A stretch of DNA of 59,692 nt from an uncultured Bacteroides sp. (lineage in GTDB: Bacteria; Bacteroidota; Bacteroidia; Bacteroidales; SM23-62). The stretch covers positions 1 through 59,692 of the forward strand of contig CAZNQG010000003.1 of assembly GCA_964575235.1 (NCBI GenBank), read 5' to 3'. Below the pieces are notes generated by a model. It searched no databases, was not told the origin of the DNA, and was given only the letters and a program-made list of their open reading frames with translations. Position numbers and translations under genes: made by a program. Of this stretch, positions 19,379 through 28,850 are shown one piece after another. How positions within the stretch are numbered: the first letter of the stretch is position 1; every line of letters begins with the position of its first letter.

Positions 19379-22300
19379 TCAGGATGATTTCCCGATCCGC
19401 ATTAAACGAGACCTGTATATGATCCACCTCAACAGGTCAATCAACAGTGTGATGTAGAGGATGAAGGAGAATCCCCAGAGGATCATAAGGTTGAACCATT
19501 TGGTGTCGGTAAGCTGCCCGTTGAACATCTTGAAAGGTGCATAGAATTGTGCCCTGCCCCAGTTCGATTCCGGGATCAGGTAAATGGGATCGGATTTTTG
19601 CACCAGGCGGTTCCCGACCTCGATGATCTTGTTCACCTCCAGCCGGTTGGTCACCTGGTCGAACAACTGGTTGTTGTGGTAATGCTGCTTCATCCGGAAA
19701 ACTCCGTTCGAGCCCAGGGAATCAACGAGTTTGGCATAGACCTTTTCCCTTCCTTCCGTTGCCTGTGCGGCTTCATCGAGGAAATAGAACCTTACATAGG
19801 CAAGCCAGTCCTCAAGTTCTGTGGAATATTCCTCGTCGAAATCGTTATAATTGAGTTTGCTGAGGTGTTCAAAGGGGAAGAGGTCCGGGTGATTGCCCAG
19901 CTTTTCCGATTCGGCATAAAGCATGTCCAGGTTCCGGTTCAGGATGGCCTGATCGCCTTCCACCCCGAGGTTGCGGTTGCATTCTTCCAGCTTGTTGATC
20001 AGCCTGGGAATGAGAAAGGATGTTTTAAACCTGGCCTCGCTGGCTTTCTGGTCGTAGATGTAAAAATTCCGGTCGAAATCATTGTTTTTCGCCTGTTCGA
20101 CTGCCAGGGCTTCATAGGACCATCTGGAGATCATAAGGTCCCCGATCACTGGAACATACACCTTGGAAGTAAGGCTTTTGTGCAGATCGTCGAATTTGAC
20201 CGTTACTCCGCTGAGCAGTAGCTGTGGGATCAGGATCAGGGGGATGATGATGTAAATGTTTACTATGGAGTTCATGCCTGAAGAAATATTCAGGCCCAGC
20301 ATGTTGGCACATGCTGCGGTGCTGAAGAGGACCAGCCAGTAGTAGAGCGTCATGCCACGGATTTCCAAAATCCAGTTTCCGACCAGGACGTAAAGCAGCA
20401 TCTGAATGGCGGAAAGGGCAAAAAGATATGTGATCTTTGAATTCAGGTAGGAGAACCAGCTCAGGTTCAGGAAGGCCTCCCTTTGCAGGATCTTGCGGTC
20501 CCGGATGATCTCTTCGGCACTGATGACCAATCCCAGGAAAATGGCCACGATCACCGACATGAAAAGGAAAGCCGGGATGTTCTTGTTTTCGCTGAACAGG
20601 TATTCCTTGCCAGGTGCGAATTTGGTAAAAAAGGCCAGGATGAATGCAAGGACGGGGGCTTCCAGCAGGTTCAGCAGGACATACTGCCGGTTCGAGATCT
20701 TGGATATCAGGTTCCGCATGAAAAACACCCGGAACTGCACCGTGATATCCGGGATCCTGAAGGAACTGGAGGGCAGGATCTTCTTAGTTTCCTTTATCCG
20801 GACCTTGGGAGCTATGTTTTCCTGGTAATTTTCGTACCAGGTTTCCGGAGGGATTTTCCGCTCAAGGGAGTATTTCCCTTTTTCATCGACCAGCTTGGCT
20901 TCCACGATTTCCAGGATCTGGTCCGGGTTCACGTGGCCACAACTCAGGCATTCGGCCTCGGTGGCTTCGGCAAAGCTGCTCAGCTTCTTGAAGTATAGAA
21001 TGGCTTCCACAGGGTTTCCTGCATATACGGGAAAACCACCCCTGTCCAGCACCCAAAGTTTATCCAGCATTTTAAATATATTGGAATTGGGCTGGTGGAT
21101 GTTTGCGATGACCAGTTTGCCCTTGACGGTCTGTTCTTTCAGCAGGCGGATCACATTCTCCGCATCCATTGAGGACAGTCCGGATGTAGGCTCATCGATG
21201 AACAGGATGCTGGGTTCCCGCATCAGTTCAAGGCCTATATTCAGCCTTTTTCGCTGTCCCCCGCTGATGTACTTGTTGAGCGGGGAGCCGACCTTAAGAT
21301 CCCTGATCCCGGCAAGGTCCAGCTCCTGCATGATGGTCGATACGGTCTCCCTGAGCTCGTGCTCACCGGCCTGGCCAAAGCAGAGCTTTGCGTTATAATA
21401 AAGGTTCTCATAAACGGTCAGCTCCTCGAAAAGCAGGTCATCCTGTGGTACGAACCCGATGATCCCCTTCAGCTTGAACCGGTCACGGTGCAGGTCGTAG
21501 TTGTTAATGGTGATTCTTCCATGGGAGAGGGGAAGCTGACCACTGAGCAGCTGGAGCAGGGTGGACTTTCCGACACCGCTTCCGCCCATGATGCCGATAA
21601 GCTGCCCGGATGTCTCTGAGAAGCTGAACCGGCGTAACCCGTGTTCGCTTTTCGGGAAGCGAAACTCAATATCCTCGGCATTCAGGGTGATGCGGACGCC
21701 TTCCGAGGACTGAAGGAACCTGCTGGCGATTTCCGTGTAGTATATGGCACCGAAACCACTGCCCCGGATGATCGATCCGTTGTCGAACAGGTGCACCTTG
21801 CCTGCATCCATCAGGTTTCCGTCAACGGTGAGGGTGTCCGGTCCCATGTACTTCAACACCATGATGTTCAGGCTCCTGAAATGAAGGATGGCGATCCTGC
21901 CCTGCAATCCATCCTTCTGGATGATGTGGACGGGCAATTCACGCCCGGGCCGGTTCTTTTCGATCCAGTCCCCTTCCAGTTCCTCTATCGCTCCCGGGAT
22001 CTCCGCCTGGATGAAAAGGGTGTACTCTTCCGGTATCAATTCCTCCTTGCCATCTTCAATGAACAACAGCGCATTTTCAAGTTCGGTACCCTCAATGGAA
22101 AAGGATTTGCCTACCAGCAGTACGAATTCACGTTCAAGGTCGCTGATGAACTTATCCTCAAATACGAATTCGATCAGCCGGAACAAAACGATGATTCTTT
22201 CGTTCCGGTTGAGCTCCTTCCGTATCTGGTTACAGATCCTGGAAAGGCCTTCGGTATCGAGCAGGGTTTTCCGGAAACCCGTATCCTCCTCCTGGGTGAT

Positions 22301-22495
22301 TGCGGCCTCCCTCCGGTAAAAATCATGGTAGTTGTCAAAAAGAACAAGGTATTCCTCGATGATTTCCTGCTTGAAAAGATAGCGCAGCAGGAAGGATTTC
22401 ACGATTTTCCTCCCGGAATCCGATACGTCTTCCTGCCGTACTGTTGCAAAAACAGCAAAGAGCCTCATCAATGCGTTGAGGATGGATTCACTCAT
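19379..22495 (-). CDS. ABCG-like single-chain ABC exporter (TerB-like N-domain + NBD + ABC-2 membrane domain)
   Basis: GGSGVGKS, FVPQDD, ISGGQRKR, LFIDEPTSGL, NIHQP; NBD precedes several TM helices; N-terminal helical D..IS..ERE pattern resembling TerB. Confidence 0.82.
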   Translation of the reverse strand: MSESILNALMRLFAVFATVRQEDVSDSGRKIVKSFLLRYLFKQEIIEEYLVLFDNYHDFYRREAAITQEEDTGFRKTLLDTEGLSRICNQIRKELNRNERIIVLFRLIEFVFEDKFISDLEREFVLLVGKSFSIEGTELENALLFIEDGKEELIPEEYTLFIQAEIPGAIEELEGDWIEKNRPGRELPVHIIQKDGLQGRIAILHFRSLNIMVLKYMGPDTLTVDGNLMDAGKVHLFDNGSIIRGSGFGAIYYTEIASRFLQSSEGVRITLNAEDIEFRFPKSEHGLRRFSFSETSGQLIGIMGGSGVGKSTLLQLLSGQLPLSHGRITINNYDLHRDRFKLKGIIGFVPQDDLLFEELTVYENLYYNAKLCFGQAGEHELRETVSTIMQELDLAGIRDLKVGSPLNKYISGGQRKRLNIGLELMREPSILFIDEPTSGLSSMDAENVIRLLKEQTVKGKLVIANIHQPNSNIFKMLDKLWVLDRGGFPVYAGNPVEAILYFKKLSSFAEATEAECLSCGHVNPDQILEIVEAKLVDEKGKYSLERKIPPETWYENYQENIAPKVRIKETKKILPSSSFRIPDITVQFRVFFMRNLISKISNRQYVLLNLLEAPVLAFILAFFTKFAPGKEYLFSENKNIPAFLFMSVIVAIFLGLVISAEEIIRDRKILQREAFLNLSWFSYLNSKITYLFALSAIQMLLYVLVGNWILEIRGMTLYYWLVLFSTAACANMLGLNISSGMNSIVNIYIIIPLILIPQLLLSGVTVKFDDLHKSLTSKVYVPVIGDLMISRWSYEALAVEQAKNNDFDRNFYIYDQKASEARFKTSFLIPRLINKLEECNRNLGVEGDQAILNRNLDMLYAESEKLGNHPDLFPFEHLSKLNYNDFDEEYSTELEDWLAYVRFYFLDEAAQATEGREKVYAKLVDSLGSNGVFRMKQHYHNNQLFDQVTNRLEVNKIIEVGNRLVQKSDPIYLIPESNWGRAQFYAPFKMFNGQLTDTKWFNLMILWGFSFILYITLLIDLLRWIIYRSRLMRIGKSS

Positions 22496-22533
22496 GCCGG
22501 GCGATGAATATCCGTAAAAGTAATGAAAATCTT

Positions 22534-22572
22534 AAAAAAGAACTGCCCGGTCGGTCAGGCCGGCCGGGCAGT
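22534..22572 (-). terminator. Intrinsic terminator downstream of the lipoprotein gene
   Basis: Minus strand ACTGCCCGGCCGG-loop-CCGACCGGGCAGT followed by TCTTTTTT. Confidence 0.75.
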
Positions 22573-22596
22573 ATGGAAGATGGTTTTAGGTCAGTG

Positions 22597-23433
22597 TCAG
22601 GATACGATCTTGAATCTCAGCTTTTCAACTTGCCGGATGAGTGTTTCAAGCTTATCACCGGACAGGTCTCCTTCCGCCTCCTTGTAAATTTCCTGTACGA
22701 GAACCAGGTCATTGAAAACGTCGGTACTCATTTCGGTTTCAGAGACCGGGCCCATAACCTCCAACAGTTTGTCGAGGGTGGTACTCTGCTCGTTGATGAT
22801 CTCCACGATTTTTTCATTTTGGGCGCTGATGATGCTGATCTGTGTGGTGATATACAGGGCCTCTATCCAGCTCCCTGCCATAACCAGGATGGACAGCTCG
22901 TCCTGTTCATTCTCTGTCAGATATTCATAGGTGCGGTAGAAAGAGTCGGAGATGAGTGTGATCAGCGAATCCAGGTTGTCAATATTGGCCTCAACGCTTT
23001 GAACCAGTTTCTCATCGAAGGACCCGATCTGCAGTTGATCGATGAGTATGGCACTGGCGTTCAGATACTGCATGGTTTCCTGCGTTTGCTTGTAGGTTGC
23101 AGCATAGCTAAGGTCGGCGCCGTAAACACCCAGGTTCAGGGCTTTGCTTTTGAGGTTTATGTATTTATCCACATTATCCACGTGGTTGCATAAGTCAAGG
23201 ATATAGCTTGCCCCGGCTTCAACCAGCAGGGTGGTCACCTCAAACGATGTGGGGAGTGGATAGTCGGTCATTTCCCGAATGACGGCATCTTTGCCTTCCA
23301 TCGTTTCCGGTATGGTGTCTGCGGTTCCTGATTTTGAAGATCCCCGGTTTTTACAGGAGGCAAATGAAAAAAGGATCAGAAGGGCAAGTCCTATACCAGT
23401 TATTCCCCGGTATCTGGTCACGGATGTTTTCAT
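22597..23433 (-). CDS. Conserved hypothetical helical lipoprotein
   Basis: Lipobox FASC; KALNLGVYGADLSY motif; acidic, helical composition. Confidence 0.75.
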   Translation of the reverse strand: MKTSVTRYRGITGIGLALLILFSFASCKNRGSSKSGTADTIPETMEGKDAVIREMTDYPLPTSFEVTTLLVEAGASYILDLCNHVDNVDKYINLKSKALNLGVYGADLSYAATYKQTQETMQYLNASAILIDQLQIGSFDEKLVQSVEANIDNLDSLITLISDSFYRTYEYLTENEQDELSILVMAGSWIEALYITTQISIISAQNEKIVEIINEQSTTLDKLLEVMGPVSETEMSTDVFNDLVLVQEIYKEAEGDLSGDKLETLIRQVEKLRFKIVS

Positions 23434-23576
23434 GTTGATTGGGTGTTAAGGATACGTATCTGAATGTGCTTTTGCTGTCCAAAAATATAAAATATATTGA
23501 ATCATCCGAGGCCAAATGTTCCAATCATTTTGCAATTTATTATTTTTATGCTTTCGGATTCAGAAACCGATCGTCT

Positions 23577-24611
23577 ATGAAAGCAACAAGAGAAGTGTTC
23601 GGCCTCATGCCGGATACTACGGAGGCCTTCCTTTTCACCGTCAGCAATTCCAGCGGTACAGTCGTCAGGATCAGCAATTACGGAGGGATCATCCAGTCCA
23701 TCCGGGTACCGGATAAAAATGGGGAAATGGACGATGTTGTGCTGGGCTTTGATGAACTGGGGGGATACCTTGGGGAACATCCCTATATTGGGACCCTGGT
23801 CGGGCGTTATGCGAACCGGATCCGGGGAGGGATTTTCAGGCTGGAGGAGACCGAGTACCAGCTTGAGCGGAACAACGGGAATAACCATCTTCATGGGGGA
23901 CTGAAAGGGTTCGATCGGGTATTATGGGAGGCGGCAGAGTTTGCAGATCATAAGGGAGCCGGCGTCAACCTGACATACCTTAGCCACGACATGGAAGAGG
24001 GATATCCCGGGAACCTGAAGGTGAGCGTTACCTTCACCCTGGATGAAGAAAACCGTCTATGCCTTGATTACAAGGCCGGTACGGATAAACCCTGTCCCGT
24101 GAACCTGACCCATCATGTCTATTTCAACCTCGGGGGCGGCTCCCTTCCGGTATACGACCATATGCTGACCATCCCGGCGGACCGGTACGTGGTAAGCGAT
24201 GAAGAACTGATTCCCACAGGAGAAATCCGAAAACTCGCCGGAAGCCCGCTCGATTTCAGGAAGCCTAAAAAGATCGGTGCCGGACTGGACAAGGTGCCCG
24301 GAGGATTTGATCACTGCTATGCACTTGGCGGGGACGGCAGCCAGGTCAGCCTGGCGGCACGGGTTGTGCACCCCGGGAGCGGCAGGGTCATGGAAATGTT
24401 CACCACGGAGCCGGGTGTGCAATTCTACAGTTCGAATTTCCTGGAAGGGATCCGGGGCAAGGAGGGCAAAATGTACGGGAAACACCAGGCTTTGTGCCTG
24501 GAAGCCCAGCATTACCCTGATTCACCCAATCATCCCCACTTCCCGGATACCGTACTGAAACCCGGTGAAACCTATACCCAGAAGACCATATACCGGTTTG
24601 CGGTAGAATAG
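23577..24611 (+). CDS. galM: Aldose 1-epimerase (galactose mutarotase)
   Basis: GRYANRI, HLHGG, EEGYPG, NLTHHVYFNL, CLEAQHYPDSPN; start at MKATREVFG. Confidence 0.93.
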   Translation: MKATREVFGLMPDTTEAFLFTVSNSSGTVVRISNYGGIIQSIRVPDKNGEMDDVVLGFDELGGYLGEHPYIGTLVGRYANRIRGGIFRLEETEYQLERNNGNNHLHGGLKGFDRVLWEAAEFADHKGAGVNLTYLSHDMEEGYPGNLKVSVTFTLDEENRLCLDYKAGTDKPCPVNLTHHVYFNLGGGSLPVYDHMLTIPADRYVVSDEELIPTGEIRKLAGSPLDFRKPKKIGAGLDKVPGGFDHCYALGGDGSQVSLAARVVHPGSGRVMEMFTTEPGVQFYSSNFLEGIRGKEGKMYGKHQALCLEAQHYPDSPNHPHFPDTVLKPGETYTQKTIYRFAVE

Positions 24612-24684
24612 TACAGGGCTGTTTGGATAACAATCACGTCGACGGGACGTTTTACCTGTTATCGGGTCGTAATCTTTTCATGGA

Positions 24685-26613
24685 ATGAGGAGGCTTGGTA
24701 TTATATCTTTCTTTGCGCTTTTACTTCTGGCATATTCTTCCGGGTTGAACGGGCACAGCTGTTCCGGAATGCATCTGTATAATCTGCTGAACCTGCAGAC
24801 CCATGTCAGTGATTCCGGGCTCCTGCTGTATGATGTGCACCATTACAACATCAATCTGGAGATCAGCGATACCAGTACTTATCTGAAGGGGTATTCGGAG
24901 GTTCTGGCCACCGTGCTTGGCACCCTGGATGAACTCGTCATCGAACTCAGTTCAGACCTGGTGGTTGATTCGGTGATCCTGGAGGATCGGGCAGTTAACG
25001 ATTTTACCCACGAAAGCGACTTGATACGGATAGAACCGCCGGAACCGGTCCGGGCGGGCGACCGGTTTTTTCTCAGGGTTTATTACCATGGCATTGGGGG
25101 ACAGAGCGGAATTTTTGCCGGGATATCAAACCGTACGGACAAAGAATGGGGGAACCGTGTCACCTACACCCTTTCCGAACCGTTCCGTGCTTTGGACTGG
25201 TTTGCCTGCAAGCAGGTCCTGAGCGACAAGGCCGATTCTGCGGATATAAACATCACGGTCGATGAGGGACTCATGGCCGGTTCGAACGGCCTGCTGGTCC
25301 GTGTGGACAGTCTTCCGGGCAATAAAATAAGGTACAACTGGCGTACCAGGTACCCGGTAGCCTACTACCTTCTTTCCATTTCGGTATCCAGGTACACGGA
25401 CTACAGCATATATACGGATGCAGGTGAAGGCAACGATTCCATCCTGATCCAGAATTTTATCTACGATGCACCGGATTACCTGGAAAGAAACAGGGAACAG
25501 ATCGATGCGACCGCAGATTTGATCCGCCTGTATTCAGACCTGTTCTCCGACTACCCTTTTGCCGGGGAGAAGTACGGCCACTGCCTTGCGCCTATGGGCG
25601 GAGGCATGGAACACCAGACCATGACCACACTCTCCGGTTTCGGTTTCAACCTGGTGGCCCATGAACTGACGCACCAATGGTTCGGAGACCACGTTACATG
25701 TGCCGGCTGGCAGGATGTATGGGTCAACGAAGGATTCGCATCCTACGGGGAATACCTTGCCCTGGAATTTCTCAGAACACCGCGCGAAGCGGCACAGTGG
25801 ATGGAGCAGGCACATCTCTGGGCCCTGTCCGAGCCACAGGGCAGTGTGTACATTCCGGTTGCCGATGCAAACGATCCCGTCCGTATATTCAGCAGGTCAC
25901 TGTCCTATAAGAAAGGGGCAGCCCTCCTGCACATGATCCGGTATGAACTTGGCAATGACAGTGTTTTCTTTGAAACCCTGGCCCGGTTCCAGGATCGGTA
26001 TGCCGACAGCATTGCAACGGGCAGGGATTTCCTGGAAGTACTTAACGAGACTTCGGGAAACAGCTACGACTGGTTTTTCGACCAGTGGTACTACGGACAG
26101 GGATTCCCTTATTTCCAGTTCATCTGGTGGCAGGAGCGTGACAGCGTGATCATTGAGATAAGGCAAACGCCCAGTTCCATGGTCACTCCCTTTTTCAGGA
26201 CCAAACTCGGCCTGGCCCTTCAATATGAAGGGGGTGGCGACACCCTGGTACAGACAAGGTGCGACAGCTCCTATATGAGAATAGGAATCCGGCTCGACCG
26301 TCCCGTATCGGCCATTATACCGGATCCGGACAACTGGGTTCTGGAAACCTCGGAAGTCATAAAAAAATCTTATAACGCAGGCTATTTCAGCGTCCATCCC
26401 AATCCTTTCGGTAATGAACTCAGGGTTCTTTTCCGCACGGGCAGCAACAAACGGGAAATCCGGCTCAGCGACCTGACCGGGAAGGTGCTGGTGGAACAAT
26501 CCTCTGCCGAAGGAACGGTTACCCTGGATACCCGTAATCTCCGTCAGGGTTTATACCTCCTGCAGGTCATGGAAGGGAAGGAACGTTATACAGCCAAGGT
26601 TGTAAGGCAATAG
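24685..26613 (+). CDS. M1-family Zn aminopeptidase with T9SS C-terminal sorting domain
   Basis: GGMEH, HELTHQW-x-NEGFA, YKKG; C-terminal HPNPF...GLYLLQV...KVVRQ. Confidence 0.9.
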   Translation: MRRLGIISFFALLLLAYSSGLNGHSCSGMHLYNLLNLQTHVSDSGLLLYDVHHYNINLEISDTSTYLKGYSEVLATVLGTLDELVIELSSDLVVDSVILEDRAVNDFTHESDLIRIEPPEPVRAGDRFFLRVYYHGIGGQSGIFAGISNRTDKEWGNRVTYTLSEPFRALDWFACKQVLSDKADSADINITVDEGLMAGSNGLLVRVDSLPGNKIRYNWRTRYPVAYYLLSISVSRYTDYSIYTDAGEGNDSILIQNFIYDAPDYLERNREQIDATADLIRLYSDLFSDYPFAGEKYGHCLAPMGGGMEHQTMTTLSGFGFNLVAHELTHQWFGDHVTCAGWQDVWVNEGFASYGEYLALEFLRTPREAAQWMEQAHLWALSEPQGSVYIPVADANDPVRIFSRSLSYKKGAALLHMIRYELGNDSVFFETLARFQDRYADSIATGRDFLEVLNETSGNSYDWFFDQWYYGQGFPYFQFIWWQERDSVIIEIRQTPSSMVTPFFRTKLGLALQYEGGGDTLVQTRCDSSYMRIGIRLDRPVSAIIPDPDNWVLETSEVIKKSYNAGYFSVHPNPFGNELRVLFRTGSNKREIRLSDLTGKVLVEQSSAEGTVTLDTRNLRQGLYLLQVMEGKERYTAKVVRQ

Positions 26614-26640
26614 CAGGACCATACGCATAGGCCCTTTAAT

Positions 26641-27486
26641 TCAGTAGACTTCAGGAACGAAGGTCTGCTCGGAGATGGGAGGCCTCACATAACCCTCCTT
26701 GCTGATCGGGGGCAGTTTGATCTTCTCGTGCTTCATTTCCTTGTAGGGTATCATGCTGAGCAGGTGGTGGATGCAATTCAGCCGGGCCCTTCTTTTGTCA
26801 TCTGCTTCCACCACCCACCACGGGGATATCTTGGTGTCCGTATAGGCAAACATCTCGTCTTTGGCCTTTGAATATTCCACCCAGCGGCTACGAGAATTCA
26901 GGTCCATCGTGCTGAACTTCCAGTTCTTGGTCGGGTCCTCGATCCTTTCCCTGAAACGTTTCTCCTGCTCTTCATCGCTCACGGAGAACCAGTATTTCAT
27001 AAGGATGATGCCCGAGTGGATCAGCATCTCCTCGAAGCGTGGGCAGGACCGGAGAAAATCCCAGTATTCATCTTCCGTGCAGAATTCCATGACCCTTTCA
27101 ACACCGGCCCGGTTATACCAGCTCCTGTCGAAGAGTACGATTTCCCCGGCAGCAGGCAAATGAGAAACATAACGCTGGAAATACCACTGGGTTTTTTCCT
27201 TCTCGGTCGGTACGCCCAGGGCCACGACCCGGCAGACCCTCGGATTCAGACGCTGGATGATTCGCTTGATAACGCCTCCCTTTCCTGCTGCATCCCGGCC
27301 TTCAAAGATCACTACGATCCGGAGGCCCTTTGACCGGACCCACTCATGCATTTTGACAAGCTCTGCCTGCAAGCGTTCCAGTTCCTTGAAATAAAACTGC
27401 TTATCCAGCTTCTTGTGGTCATGTTCCGGCGATGGATCTTCATGCTTGTGGTTTTTCTTCTTGTGGTTACCTTTATTATGGCTCAT
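26641..27486 (-). CDS. ppk2: Polyphosphate kinase 2
   Basis: EGRDAAGKGG Walker A, FDRSWYNRAGVERVM; start MSHNKG at 27486. Confidence 0.93.
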   Translation of the reverse strand: MSHNKGNHKKKNHKHEDPSPEHDHKKLDKQFYFKELERLQAELVKMHEWVRSKGLRIVVIFEGRDAAGKGGVIKRIIQRLNPRVCRVVALGVPTEKEKTQWYFQRYVSHLPAAGEIVLFDRSWYNRAGVERVMEFCTEDEYWDFLRSCPRFEEMLIHSGIILMKYWFSVSDEEQEKRFRERIEDPTKNWKFSTMDLNSRSRWVEYSKAKDEMFAYTDTKISPWWVVEADDKRRARLNCIHHLLSMIPYKEMKHEKIKLPPISKEGYVRPPISEQTFVPEVY

Positions 27487-27544
27487 TTTGCCTGTTTTAC
27501 AGGTAAATATAGGTAATATGAAAACCAAAATCAACGTTGGGACC

Positions 27545-28705
27545 TCAGGATAATTCCCGGGCTCCATCCCCGACTTCGCCGATGTAAAAATCAGGTTTCA
27601 ATCCGGTCCTGGCATGGTAAGCCGATCCTACTTCCTTGATGAAATCCTCGAGCCGGTCCCCGGCCACCAGGCTGACTGTGCATCCGCCAAAACCGGCACC
27701 CGTCATTCTTGATCCGATTACGCCGTCCACCTTCCGGGCTTCTTCTACGAGGGTATCCAGTTCCTTGCCGGTAACCTCGTAATCATCGCGCAGCGAGTCA
27801 TGGGATGCGTTCATAAGCTTTCCGAACTGCTCCAGGTCGGAAGCCTTCAGGGCCCTGACGGCATCCAGGCAGCGCTGGTTTTCCGAAACCACGTGATGCG
27901 CCCTTCTCCTAACCGTAGGGTTGGGTATCAGGTGCTGGAGTTCCAGGAACCTGGAATAACTTAGCTCCCCGAGCTGGGTTATTTTTTCCTCTGTGGAAAT
28001 GTCGCGGACGGACTGTTCGCATTCTGACCGGCGTTCATTGTACTTTGAATCTGCGAGTCCCCTGCGCTTATTCGTATTGGAAATGACGATGGTGTAATTC
28101 CCCAGGGAGAGGGGAACCTGCTCGTAATCAAGTGTGGCGCAGTCCAGGAGCACTGCGTGGTCCGTTTTTCCCATCCCGGATGCAAACTGGTCCATGATTC
28201 CGCAATTCACACCTACGTATTCGTTTTCTGCCTTCTGACCGATTTTAATCAGGTCGATCATATCCAGGTTCAGGTCCATTAAGGCATTCACCGCAATCCC
28301 GGTTACCATTTCTATGCTCGCAGAGGACGATAGTCCCGCGCCCCTTGGGACATCCCCGGAAAACAGGAGGTCCATGCCGGTAAGTTTAAAGCCCCTTTTA
28401 GCGATCTGGTCCATAACCCCGAGGGGATACTGTACCCACCTGAATTCCGGCTTCGAGTAGCCTTCGGCAGGAACGCTGGTTTTCTGGTCAAAATTCGTGG
28501 TGGCGAAACGTATGATGCCGCTGTCATTCGGTCGGGCCAGCAGGTATGTGCCGTATTGAAGGGCGCAGGGGAAAACGTAACCCCCGTTGTAATCCGTATG
28601 CTCACCGATCAGGTTTACGCGTCCGGGCGCGAAAAACCGCCGTACATCCCGCCCGTCTTTATCATAGAGCCCCAGAAACTTCTCCATTAACTTTTCTGCT
28701 TCCAT
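27545..28705 (-). CDS. galK: Galactokinase
   Basis: PGRVNLIGEHTDYN, PRGAGLSSSA, CGIMDQ, SRMTGAGFGGC. Confidence 0.95.
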   Translation of the reverse strand: MEAEKLMEKFLGLYDKDGRDVRRFFAPGRVNLIGEHTDYNGGYVFPCALQYGTYLLARPNDSGIIRFATTNFDQKTSVPAEGYSKPEFRWVQYPLGVMDQIAKRGFKLTGMDLLFSGDVPRGAGLSSSASIEMVTGIAVNALMDLNLDMIDLIKIGQKAENEYVGVNCGIMDQFASGMGKTDHAVLLDCATLDYEQVPLSLGNYTIVISNTNKRRGLADSKYNERRSECEQSVRDISTEEKITQLGELSYSRFLELQHLIPNPTVRRRAHHVVSENQRCLDAVRALKASDLEQFGKLMNASHDSLRDDYEVTGKELDTLVEEARKVDGVIGSRMTGAGFGGCTVSLVAGDRLEDFIKEVGSAYHARTGLKPDFYIGEVGDGARELS

Positions 28706-28850
28706 GTCAGGTTTGCTGTTGATCCGAAAGAAGGTAAATGTAATAAAACTGTGAACAATGCTGAAATACTGTGTATATGCTCGTTCTCCAAACCGGTGCC
28801 GTGGCTGATAAAAATCCTATCTTTATGACTCATATCATTTGCATGCAGCC

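Noticed and set aside
16316-22495. Four consecutive minus-strand genes share one reading frame with 21-24 nt spacers (two TGA stops), hinting at read-through or selenocysteine
   Set aside because: Each product is a complete independent family member with its own ATG; no SECIS-like evidence; chance is sufficient
23577-28705. galM and galK flanking two unrelated genes as a possible insertion or inversion
   Set aside because: No repeats, recombinase or compositional shift seen; ordinary gene shuffling explains it
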